In this document: positions 31,383 through 41,200 of the stretch, piece after piece
Numbering within the stretch: position 1 is the stretch's first letter
Layout: each line of letters starts with the position of its first letter
Source of the DNA: Thermoplasmatota archaeon
GTDB lineage: Archaea > Thermoplasmatota > E2 > DHVEG-1 > B18-G2
Reading direction: 5' to 3'
NCBI GenBank assembly: GCA_029259115.1
Contig: JAPDJO010000028.1
Coordinates: 18,593 to 82,592, forward strand
Length of the DNA stretch: 64,000 nucleotides
The notes under the pieces: model-generated
Seen by the model: only the letters and a program-made list of their open reading frames with translations
Databases searched by the model: none
What the model was told of the DNA's origin: nothing
Program-made: the position numbers and the translations under genes

Positions 31383-32411
31383 ATGGGAAAGATGAAGGTT
31401 GGAGTCTACTACAATAACAAAGATGTCAGGGTAGAATATAGAGAGATACCAGAGATCGGAGATAGAGAGATACTAGTTAGAGTGAGAGCATGTGGTATAT
31501 GTGGAAGCGACGTAATGGAATGGTACAGGATAAAGAAAGCTCCAAGAGTCTTAGGGCATGAGATGACTGGAGATATCGCTAAGATCGGAAAAGAAGTCAA
31601 AGATTTTAAAGTCGGAGACAGGGTTTTTGTTTCTCATCACGTCCCCTGCAACTCCTGTAGATATTGTCTGAGAGGGGATCACACCCTTTGCGATACTCTA
31701 CATTCTACAAACTTTGACCCTGGTGGATTTTCTGAGTATGTTAGGATTCCGGAGATAAATGTTAGAACTGGGACATTTCTGCTTCCCGATGAGATATCCT
31801 ATGATGAGGGTGTATTTATAGAGCCTTTAGCTTGCGTAATAAGAGGTTTCAGGATAGCTGAAATAAAACCAAATCAAACTATAGCAGTTATAGGAAGCGG
31901 CATAGCTGGATTATTGCAGATAAAGTTAGCTAGGGCATGGGGAGCTAAAAAGATAATAGCTGTGGATATCAATGATTATAGACTGAGGAAAGCAAAGGAG
32001 TTCGGTGCTGATCTTACCTTGAACGCATCCGAAGATGTTCCAAGGAGAATAATGGAAGAGAACGACGGTTACCTTGCTGATACAGTTATACTTTCAGCAG
32101 GAGTGAAATCTGCATTTATCCAAGCTCTTAAATGCGTAGATAGAGGAGGGACTCTCCTTCTGTTTGCCCCTTTACCTCCAGATGTCGATATTCCTGTAAA
32201 CGTGTTTGATGTGTGGAATAGACAGATAAAGATAGTATCTACGTATGCGGGGGCGCCGAGAGATATAAGGGAGGCAATAGAAATACTAAAGAGCAGAAAG
32301 ATCAGAGTTGACGATATGATCACGCATAGGCTAAGTTTGAATGAGATTCAAAAGGGTTTTGAGTTGGTAGCTGAAGCTCAAGAGTCTCTTAAAGTGGTGA
32401 TTTATCCTTAG
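31383..32411 (+). CDS. zinc-dependent (sorbitol/threonine-type) dehydrogenase
   Basis: CGICGSD, GHE, C..C.YC.......C, EPLAC, GSGIAG. Confidence 0.88.
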   Translation: MGKMKVGVYYNNKDVRVEYREIPEIGDREILVRVRACGICGSDVMEWYRIKKAPRVLGHEMTGDIAKIGKEVKDFKVGDRVFVSHHVPCNSCRYCLRGDHTLCDTLHSTNFDPGGFSEYVRIPEINVRTGTFLLPDEISYDEGVFIEPLACVIRGFRIAEIKPNQTIAVIGSGIAGLLQIKLARAWGAKKIIAVDINDYRLRKAKEFGADLTLNASEDVPRRIMEENDGYLADTVILSAGVKSAFIQALKCVDRGGTLLLFAPLPPDVDIPVNVFDVWNRQIKIVSTYAGAPRDIREAIEILKSRKIRVDDMITHRLSLNEIQKGFELVAEAQESLKVVIYP

Positions 32412-32528
32412 ACACGATTTTATTTATTTAGAAAAAATTTAAATATGCCTTTTTAAATCGCCGATAAAACTTCAAGACACGAGCTGTAAAAGAAAGGTTA
32501 TATATTTCAAAGAGAAGAGGGTGAAACT

Positions 32529-34259
32529 ATGAGGAAATGGTCAGTTATGTTTGGCATATTTTTGCTTCTAGCCAGCACTTTATCAGTTGTCGAAGGAGAG
32601 TATACAGCAATTTCTTCATCAATGTCAAGTTGTGGAGATGGATGGGAAAGAGGAGAGAATATAGCGTTGGATAAGCCAGTAAGAGGATACAATCTGGTGG
32701 ATGGTTACGATAACCCAGCCTATGCAAATGATGGGATAAAAGATGATGAGACCAAGGTAGTTTCTATAGGGAAATGCCCATCGCCAGAAGGGTGGATAGA
32801 GATAGATCTCCAAAACCCGTACTACATCTATGAAACTAGAATTATAGTCAAAAGAATATGGGTACCATCGGATAAAAAGCAATCTGATATGAAGTTACAG
32901 TTGTTTATCAAGGGACATTGGATTACAGTATGGTCAGAAAATAACATGCCGAATGGAATAAAACAGGAAATAGTCATCCCTTGTTCAGGATATAAAACTG
33001 ATAAAGTTAGAATCGTAAAATCAAAATCAACAGGTTTACTGGAAGATATTCTTACTATATATGAAATAGAGGTTTACGATGCAATAGACATCTCCCCACC
33101 TGATACAGAGATTATAGGAGGACCAGGAAATGGTGTCACGATTGATTATAGAAATGTTAAATTCAAATGGAGAGGAATTGATAATGAACTAGAGGAAGAT
33201 CTCTCGTATGAATGGAGGGTTAAGAACCAAGGTACCTGGTCTGAATGGACAAAAACAAGAGATAAAGAGGTCGTATTACATCTAAAAGAAGGGAAAACAG
33301 TATTTGAGGTTAGATCTATAGATTCTTTTGGAAATGTAGATCCATCACCTGCAAGAGTGAGATTCTATGTGGATCTCTCCTCTCCAGAGGTAAATATAAC
33401 CATGCCTGAAGCAGGGTATCTCTATGTGTTTGGGATTAAGGTCTTACCTGTTGTAGTAAATGGTTCGTATGCAGTTGTGATAGGGTCTTGTAAATTAAAG
33501 GCATTTGCTAGAGATGCTGGAGGCGGGCTAAGTCATGGAGAAATATACCTAAACGAGGTACACATAAAACATATAGATTTTCATTGTGAAAAAGAGGTAG
33601 ATATAGAAAACGATGTGTACAACGGCTTCTTTAGATACAGGATAGTAGTTTTTGATACATCTGAAAAATCAGCATCTGACTCTATACAAATTAAGGGTTA
33701 TTCAACTGGTAGAGATCCTCCAGGATATCTTAGCAATAGAAATGCACCCCCATATCAGGTAACAAAACCTCTTGGTCCATCGACAGGGAAGACCGATAAG
33801 ATTTACACCTTTTCTTGTAAAGCGGAAGATGTAGAAAAAGATGAGATATACTACATGTTTGTGTGGGGGGATGGAACAAACAGTGGATGGATAGGACCAT
33901 TCAGAGCTGGAGAAACTGCAGAAGCCTCCCATTCCTGGAGTAAGAAAGGAACATATGAGATAAAAGTATTTGTCAAAGATGATAAAGGCAACCAAGGAGA
34001 ATGGTACTCATCCACAACTATAAGGATAGACGATGGAAAGGATAATAGACAAGATAATAATGTGGTTCACAACAAGAGAAATGTATTTGTAATAAAGAGA
34101 TTCAAACCCTCACCTATAAAGATATTTACAGGTGAGACGGGTATAAAAGCGATTGTCAGAAATTCAAAAATTCTAAACAAGACGATAACATTTGCTAGAG
34201 TCAGAGTCTCTAAGACAAGAATTACAAAAAGTTTTAACTTAGACAAGATAGGGCATTAA
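32529..34259 (+). CDS. secreted multidomain protein (F5/8C-discoidin-like, Ig/FN3-like, PKD)
   Basis: Signal peptide, NIALDKP...WIEIDL...EIEVY, PPDT.I..GP...VRSID..GN.D.SPA, WGDG...HSW...G.Y; GGTGA SD. Confidence 0.8.
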   Translation: MRKWSVMFGIFLLLASTLSVVEGEYTAISSSMSSCGDGWERGENIALDKPVRGYNLVDGYDNPAYANDGIKDDETKVVSIGKCPSPEGWIEIDLQNPYYIYETRIIVKRIWVPSDKKQSDMKLQLFIKGHWITVWSENNMPNGIKQEIVIPCSGYKTDKVRIVKSKSTGLLEDILTIYEIEVYDAIDISPPDTEIIGGPGNGVTIDYRNVKFKWRGIDNELEEDLSYEWRVKNQGTWSEWTKTRDKEVVLHLKEGKTVFEVRSIDSFGNVDPSPARVRFYVDLSSPEVNITMPEAGYLYVFGIKVLPVVVNGSYAVVIGSCKLKAFARDAGGGLSHGEIYLNEVHIKHIDFHCEKEVDIENDVYNGFFRYRIVVFDTSEKSASDSIQIKGYSTGRDPPGYLSNRNAPPYQVTKPLGPSTGKTDKIYTFSCKAEDVEKDEIYYMFVWGDGTNSGWIGPFRAGETAEASHSWSKKGTYEIKVFVKDDKGNQGEWYSSTTIRIDDGKDNRQDNNVVHNKRNVFVIKRFKPSPIKIFTGETGIKAIVRNSKILNKTITFARVRVSKTRITKSFNLDKIGH

Positions 34260-34330
34260 ATTTCAGGATAAGGATCTGGAACCTCTATAGTTGGGTCGGG
34301 TTCTGTTCCACTACTCTTTCTATTTCCCAT
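34256..34330 (-). CDS. putative 24-aa leaderless peptide MGNRKSSGTEPDPTIEVPDPYPEI
   Basis: CGAAAA-TG-TTTTTATAT BRE/TATA 24 nt upstream of ATG; fills an otherwise empty spacer. Confidence 0.4.
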   Translation of the reverse strand: MGNRKSSGTEPDPTIEVPDPYPEI

Positions 34331-34389
34331 TGTTAATTATCTTTGTGCATTCTCATATAAAAACATTTTCGTACAAAAATTAGCAGAGA

Positions 34390-34463
34390 TGCCCGCACCG
34401 GGATTCGAACCCGGGTAGGAGGCTCCGCAGGCCTCCAGGATATCCAAGCTACCTCATGCGGGC
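34390..34463 (-). tRNA. tRNA-Arg(GCG)
   Basis: GCCCGCA...GAGGC-CTGCGGA-GCCTC...CCGGGTTCGAATCCCGG-TGCGGGC-A cloverleaf; CCA not encoded. Confidence 0.95.
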
Positions 34464-34987
34464 TATTTCATGATATCGAGCATCGCTACCCTTTCCAAAA
34501 TCAGATCTACATATTTATCTTTGTCCACGGTATCTAACTCTTCTTCGGTAAAGCCAAATCTCTTCAATTTTTCTCTATTTACATTTATCACATCCTCATT
34601 TATTTTCATACCGAGACTTTTAACTATACTTTCAGCATTCTCTTCAGAAATTTTTCCGCTCAAGTCTTTAAAGTCTCTGGAATCCAGAAATATAAAAACA
34701 AATCTCTGGCTCTCTTCCCTTATACCTATCTTGTCTATCGCATCCTTTACTTGACGTTCCCCAGCCATATACAATAAAAGTTCCATAGATAACTTTCTCA
34801 TGCTGTTCCTATTTTCTTTAAAGGCTCTGATTGCATGATGACATGCAGATATCACATGTTCTTTCCCACATACAAGATCAGCATCCACTACCTGAATCTC
34901 TATCCCTTTATCTTCTGATATTTTCCTTACTTCTTCTATGAATCTTTCAATATCCTCTATCTTTCCCTCCGCACCAACCAGTATCAT
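34463..34987 (-). CDS. cgi121: KEOPS subunit Cgi121
   Basis: Q.VDAD.V.G.EH...A..HA.RAF...N....L.MELLLY.AG.RQ..DAI.KIG, ERVAML. Confidence 0.9.
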   Translation of the reverse strand: MILVGAEGKIEDIERFIEEVRKISEDKGIEIQVVDADLVCGKEHVISACHHAIRAFKENRNSMRKLSMELLLYMAGERQVKDAIDKIGIREESQRFVFIFLDSRDFKDLSGKISEENAESIVKSLGMKINEDVINVNREKLKRFGFTEEELDTVDKDKYVDLILERVAMLDIMK

Positions 34988-37137
34988 TCTAAACTCACCA
35001 TCTTATTATCTATTTCTCCGATTTGCTTCTTTATAGATAGTGCTATCTTTTTACCTATCGAAGGTATAGATGCTAGCCTCTCTAAAGGTACTCCTCTTAA
35101 AGAGTTTATTGTTTTGAATCCTGCTTTATAAAGGGCTCTCGCTCTCACTCTACCTATGCCTCTCAATTTAACTAGATCGAGGAGCTCTTTTTTACAACCA
35201 TATTTAACCCTCAGCAGAAGATTATTGAGATCTCTAACTAGATCAAATCTGTATATTCTCGCTAATTCTCTCATTGAATAGAGAAGCCACTCAGCTGTTT
35301 CTATTATATTTCTTATATCTCCAGGTCCGACTCCATATCTAGAACATATCTCTGCTTCAGGGACCTCTTCTATCCAATCTTGTAATAGATGGGCTGTCTT
35401 CAAACTAGATAGAAATATCTCATAATCATCACTATAAATGGGAGGTATATTTACAAGTATGTGTTTCTTTATCATTTCTAATCTTTCTTCTATCCATACA
35501 TCGTCTCCTCTTAGATACAAAGATTTCATGTCAGGGGTATAGCATATAGCTTGAAGATAAGATATTTCTGGCTCTCCATCTGGAGATGCTCTCTCTATGG
35601 CTCTCTTGATATGCAGAGCTGTAAGAGGATCGAGATAGAGTTTGGAAGTCTTTTCTCCAAGTAATGTAGCTTTCAATCTTCCATCAAAATCCTCTATGAA
35701 ATTGTTATCTTCTAAAAATCTCAAAACATCCTCGACAACATCTTCAAGCAAGCTTATATCAGACTGATAAGCATAGAATGTCGATGAAAAGAAATCAAAT
35801 AAACTTTCTCTATCCGGCGTAAAACCTGATGCAATAGATGATAACACATGAAATCTAAGCATAGGCTCTGATCCAAGTTTTGAATACACCGGTTCAGGCT
35901 CTCCAAATATATAATTATCTATTATCCTCTTCCTTTGCTCTTTATCCTTCGCTATAGTTATTGCCTCTCCTTCTTTATCATACCTCGGTCTCCCGGCTCT
36001 TCCTGCCTGCTGCTTATATTCTAGAACAGGTATCGGATACATACCTATACCAAACTCATACCTCCACAGATCCCTAATTATCACTCTCCTTGCCGGAATG
36101 TTAACACCAGCAGCAAGTGTTGGCGTAGCAACTATGCATTTTATCAACCTCTCCCTAAATGCGTTTTCAATGATCTTTCTACTCTCGCTAGATAATCCAG
36201 CGTGATGAAAGGCTGTTCCATCTCCAACGCAGTTTGAGAGATCTTGATCTAGGGATGTCGTCTCTTCTGGCATGGAAAGGATCTCCTCAGATAATCCCTT
36301 TAGTCTTTCCACCTCTTCCTCTTTCAAGTGTTTTTTTACTATCGATCTTAGCTTCTTTGCAAGACTTGCACTTGATTTCCTTGTATTTACAAAGATTAAA
36401 ACTTGCCCTCCATCCTCTAGGCAATCGCTAACGAGAGCAGATATCGGATCTGGCTTTGTACCTACATCTTTCACTGAGCCATCAGAAAACTCGATCACTC
36501 CTCTGTAATAAACACCTTCCTTTAACTTGACTGGTCTCCACTCAGACTTTATAAGCCTAGCATTAAGCCATCCCGCAATGTCCTCTGCATTTCTTATTGT
36601 AGCTGATAAAGCAATAACCTGCATATTTGGGTTTATCTTTTTTAGTCTGGAGATTACAACTTCTAAAGTCGGACCTCTTCCAGGATCATTGAGCAAGTGA
36701 ATCTCATCTGCAACAACTATAGATATACTCGATAACCATCTCGAGCCATGTCTTATCAGAGAATCTGCTTTCTCTGAGGTACACACTATTATGTCATACC
36801 TAGCTAATTTAGGGTCTGATCTCGTTAGGTCTCCCGTAGATATAGCTACCTTCAGGCCTAACTTTCTAAACTTAAGAAGATCCTCATACTTCTCTCGAGC
36901 TAAAGCTTTCAGAGGGACTATATACAGAGCTTTGCCTCCTTCTTTTAACAATTTATTAACTATCCCGAGATAAGCAACCAAGCTTTTACCGCCAGCCGTA
37001 GGTACAGACAAAACAAGATCCTCTCCAGCTAAAGCAAGAGGTATTGCCTCTTTCTGAGGAGGATATAAACTATCTATACCATCTTCTCTTAGGATCTCTA
37101 TAACTCTTCTATCTAGGTCACTAAGTTCTCGATCCAT
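34984..37137 (-). CDS. hel308: Ski2-like DNA helicase Hel308
   Basis: PTAGGKS, DEIH, LSAT, FHHAGL, TPTLAAGVN.PA, QQAGRAGRP, C-terminal GIGRVRAR HhH. Confidence 0.93.
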   Translation of the reverse strand: MDRELSDLDRRVIEILREDGIDSLYPPQKEAIPLALAGEDLVLSVPTAGGKSLVAYLGIVNKLLKEGGKALYIVPLKALAREKYEDLLKFRKLGLKVAISTGDLTRSDPKLARYDIIVCTSEKADSLIRHGSRWLSSISIVVADEIHLLNDPGRGPTLEVVISRLKKINPNMQVIALSATIRNAEDIAGWLNARLIKSEWRPVKLKEGVYYRGVIEFSDGSVKDVGTKPDPISALVSDCLEDGGQVLIFVNTRKSSASLAKKLRSIVKKHLKEEEVERLKGLSEEILSMPEETTSLDQDLSNCVGDGTAFHHAGLSSESRKIIENAFRERLIKCIVATPTLAAGVNIPARRVIIRDLWRYEFGIGMYPIPVLEYKQQAGRAGRPRYDKEGEAITIAKDKEQRKRIIDNYIFGEPEPVYSKLGSEPMLRFHVLSSIASGFTPDRESLFDFFSSTFYAYQSDISLLEDVVEDVLRFLEDNNFIEDFDGRLKATLLGEKTSKLYLDPLTALHIKRAIERASPDGEPEISYLQAICYTPDMKSLYLRGDDVWIEERLEMIKKHILVNIPPIYSDDYEIFLSSLKTAHLLQDWIEEVPEAEICSRYGVGPGDIRNIIETAEWLLYSMRELARIYRFDLVRDLNNLLLRVKYGCKKELLDLVKLRGIGRVRARALYKAGFKTINSLRGVPLERLASIPSIGKKIALSIKKQIGEIDNKMVSLE

Positions 37138-37207
37138 CTTTCAGTAAGCTTAAAGATGCAATCTAATGAAAAACCTTATGCATACCTTTTCTATTTACAT
37201 CTTTGCT

Positions 37208-37522
37208 ATGGGGCGTAGACAGACTCTGATGGAGAAGTTTAGGCAGCAGATGAAGGCATACAAGAAGAAAAAGATGAAAGTAGATAATACTCCTTATCTA
37301 CCACCAGATGGAGTGGTTTATATTATGGATTCCCTAAACCCAGAGAAACCAATAAGAGCTGTTGTACTTAAAACAAAGGTTAAACAGAGGAGGAAAATTA
37401 TAGAGAGTATAGCATGTCCAGTCTGCGGAAATCCGATGGAATGGGACGATAAGTGGGAAGGTTTTGTATGCGAAAAGCATGGAAAAAGAGCGATTTATGA
37501 GATAGTCCAACCAAAAAGTTAA
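37208..37522 (+). CDS. basic zinc-ribbon protein
   Basis: Lys/Arg-rich N-terminus, CPVC...CEKH; promoter-like AAAACCTTATG about 30 nt upstream of ATG 37208. Confidence 0.7.
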   Translation: MGRRQTLMEKFRQQMKAYKKKKMKVDNTPYLPPDGVVYIMDSLNPEKPIRAVVLKTKVKQRRKIIESIACPVCGNPMEWDDKWEGFVCEKHGKRAIYEIVQPKS

Positions 37523-37558
37523 ACTAAGGGATAGAAGATTAAGCCCTAGGTGAATCTC

Positions 37559-37819
37559 ATGGTCGAAGAAAAGGTTGGAGTTGTTGAGCATTTTTTCACA
37601 AAGATAAGCGTTGCAGCGATAAAGATAACAGATGGAGAGCTGAAGATAGGGGATACTATCCATATAGTAGGAGCAACTACCGATTTTAAACAGAAAGTAG
37701 AGAGTATGCAGATAAATAAGCAGCCCGTAGAGATCGCAAAACCTGGAGATGAAGTCGGGATAAAAGTCATAGATAGAGTTAGAGAGAATGATGTAGTCTA
37801 TAAGGTTGTAGGTGAGTAA
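37559..37819 (+). CDS. translation elongation factor domain-2-like beta-barrel protein
   Basis: VG.V.HFF.KISVA....L..GD.I.I.G..TDF.Q.V.SMQI.......A.PG..VG.KV..RVRE.D.VY. Confidence 0.8.
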   Translation: MVEEKVGVVEHFFTKISVAAIKITDGELKIGDTIHIVGATTDFKQKVESMQINKQPVEIAKPGDEVGIKVIDRVRENDVVYKVVGE

Positions 37820-37820
37820 G

Positions 37821-38204
37821 ATGAAAGAGGTAGCAGAGGTTAGAGAGCTCAGAGTGAATAGATATATAATCATAGACAACGAGCCTTGTAAAATAGTCAG
37901 CATAACAACTTCCAAGCCTGGAAAACACGGGGATGCAAAGGCAAGGATAGAAGCGATAGGAGTCTTTGACAACCAGAAGAGAAGCGTGGTATATCCTGTC
38001 AAACACAAGGTTCAAATACCAATAATAGACAAAAGAGTTGCTCAGGTTATATCCGTCTCTGGAGACGTTGCTCAACTTATGGATATGGAAACTTATGAGA
38101 CTTTCGAGTTGGAGATACCAGAAGAGTTCAAAGGGAAATTAGAGGTCGGAAAAGAAATACAATATATAGAGGCTTTAGGAAAAAGAAAGATAATGAGAGC
38201 TTAA
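37821..38204 (+). CDS. eif5a: translation factor aIF5A
   Basis: SKPGKHG hypusine motif; GGTGA SD before ATG 37821. Confidence 0.95.
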   Translation: MKEVAEVRELRVNRYIIIDNEPCKIVSITTSKPGKHGDAKARIEAIGVFDNQKRSVVYPVKHKVQIPIIDKRVAQVISVSGDVAQLMDMETYETFELEIPEEFKGKLEVGKEIQYIEALGKRKIMRA

Positions 38205-41200
38205 CTGCTCTCTTCTTTTTCTAGTTTGAAGTTTAGCTTTTTCGATTTTCCTGGTTTTATTATAACGTTGTACTCTGTAACACATGTATAGCCCTCTGCA
38301 CTTGCTGTCACTGTATAATTGCCAGGTGGAAGTTCCATAGAATACTTACCTCTAAATGATGTATTTACTGAGAAATGTTCTCCAGTATCGTTGTTTACTG
38401 CTTCTACCGTCGCACCCCTTATACCTCTAAATAGGAGTTTTGATTTTTTCAATACTCTTCCATATAGTGTTCCCATTCTATCTAGACCAACGTTTTTCTT
38501 TGTTACCTCACTTGCATTTACCGTAACCTCTACGATCTTTGTCACATATCCTTTCTTCTCAAATTTGAGATGGTATGTGCCGGGTGCAAGTTTTATGCAA
38601 TACTTACCTTTCGATAAGATTCTCTTGGTCGTATATGTTTCGTTTGTTTCAATAACCGTTATCTTTACCCCGCCTATACCCTTTTTCAAAAGTGTACCGC
38701 TATCATATACCTTTCCCTTGACTACCCCTGTTTCTTCAGTCTTGTTTCTCTTGAGAGCCAAATTGAATATAAGGACATCCATGGAGGCATTTGCGGTTCT
38801 TGTTGGAAGACCATCGAAATCATCGTAAGCTATAACCTCTATGTGATGTTTGCAGAATGCTCTCTCGTTCCAAGTGTAGTTGAAGGGTTCCTCATCAACA
38901 ATTCCTTTACTTTCATCGTCGATTATAAACTCTACAGATGTCTCTCCATACGCATTTTCAATATCTGCACTTATTGTGATTGGACCTATGATTATTGTTA
39001 GATTGAATGGTATGGAGATGATCTTTCTGTCTTTGAAGTAAATTGCACCTACTTCTGGTTTTGTGATATTGACTTTAAGTTTCTCCAGCGGATGTATTGT
39101 GACATACTTATGCGTAGTCACATCATTACCCTTGCTATCCACAACAGTAAGCGTTACTTCGAAGGTTTCAGCAGACAAATAGGTGTGCGTTACCTGAGTG
39201 CCCTCAGCTGTGTATCCATCTCCGAAGTCCCATGAGAGCGTGTATGGTGGATAACCCCCACTTATATTTCCTTTGAATGTTAACTCTTCCCCAACCATTC
39301 CTTCTGTTGGCCCATCAATCTCTGCAGAAAGAGGTTCCGGTAGTATAATCTTACACCTTGCGTCTGCCTGCTCGGGTGCTGTTTCGATATTTCCAGCGTT
39401 ATCAACAGCTACTGAGTAGAATTCATAGTATCCGCTATTCGATGTACTGAATGACCATTCTCCCTCTTTCCAATCTGTCCATGTCTCATTATCAGCGGAA
39501 TATCTATAGTAGAGCTTAACTTCCGCAATTCCACTTCTATCATCTGACGCTGCATAGCTCAAAACTATTGGCACCTCGTCTCTCTCGTATGGCACAATTG
39601 GATCTACCGTTGACTCTGGTGGAACAGTATCTATAACTGCTGATGCCTCTTCTGCATAGGCCTTATCCTCTCTATTGCCAACCGCATCATACGCTATGGA
39701 ACAGAATTTATAGTCTCCGTCCGCTCCAAAGAATTCCCAGGACCATCCATCGCTTCCATCTGTATCACCTCCGAAGAGCTGCCACTCTGACCAGTTTTCG
39801 CCATCTGTACTGTGCGAGTAATAAAGCTCCACCCTTGCAACATAGGTTTCATCATCACTTGCTGTTGCTGTAATTGTGAATGGACTATTGTGCCAGTATG
39901 GATCTATTTCATTTACATGAGACCTAGGCGGATATCCATCGTTCCTTATGCAGAATCTTGCGCTATCATTGCGTTCTATCTCTTGACAACCTACATAATA
40001 TATGAGATAGGCTGTATTATTATAGCATCCATAACAGTTAACTCCTGTGAATCTTACGGTAAATTCTATGTAGAATTTTTCACCTGCCTTGACACTGATA
40101 TAACTCCACACCAATTCATTTTCATTTATCGTAGGTTCGGGTGTTCCAGATACGAATTCAAGATTATCTATAAGTGGATCCACAACAGTTATATCACTGA
40201 CATCTCTCTCTCCGACATTATCTATAGTTATATTGAATGTTATCTCATCTCCATAGAATACATAAGCAGAGTCTTCCCATTCTCCAGTTCCAGGATCTCT
40301 TATTTTCTTTTCAATCTGTACATCTGGACATGGAATCTCTATCGTGGCATTGTCGCTTCCTTCCAGATGCATTCCACTGCACTCATCCCCAGTAACTATG
40401 ACAACATTTTCGAAGATTCCACAGTCGGCATCTTCATTCACAGTTGCGTTAAAGTACAAGGTGAGTGTACCACCATCTGGTATTCTGAATATGTCATCAA
40501 GATTCCATGTTAGTGTATGGCCAGATATAGTCGGTTCGATATCTCCAGTATAGTACTCGTCCCAATCACTCCAGTCTCCTTCAAATGAGGTTGAATTCTC
40601 GATATAAGTGAGCACTGATGGGAGTTCATCTACAATCGTTATATTATGGAACACATAGTTTAATGGATCAAGTGGATTGCCATGATAAGTTATATCGATA
40701 CGGAACTCAACGATACCTCCAGAAGTTTTTACCTTATCACTCCATTCTCCTCTTGGACAGAACTTCCTGACTCTCTTGTTAACTTCTATATAGGGTTCAT
40801 AGAGTGTTATGTTAACGCTGTCGGTAGCATTTACTCCTTGATCGGCCGTTGCTTTTACAACGTTCTTTCCTGTTCCGCCAGATAAAGGCGTAGCAGAGAA
40901 TGTTATTACGAGAGAGAAGTTCTTTGGAAGGTCGTCGCTCCAGTTTATGTATGAATCGTTTGCGTAAGTTGGTGCAATGTTGCTATCATGATTGTATTTC
41001 AAGAACGGAGGTAAGAAGTCCTCAAGAACACCTGTCAGGTCTATATCTCCGGTGTTTGTGAGATTTATCTTGAAGTATATCTTGTTGTCACCATTTATTA
41101 TGTGAGGCAAATATTCCTCTAAACTCTTTGTCCAATTTTCTCCATCTAGAGACACCCATTTCTGCAGAGATATATTTGGATGACATATAGCATCTACTTC

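Noticed and set aside
37334-38008. 224-aa minus-strand ORF and other long antisense ORFs (e.g. 39812..40513, 54261..54896, 41997..42521)
   Set aside because: Shadow frames of well-supported genes on the opposite strand; atypical composition, no motifs
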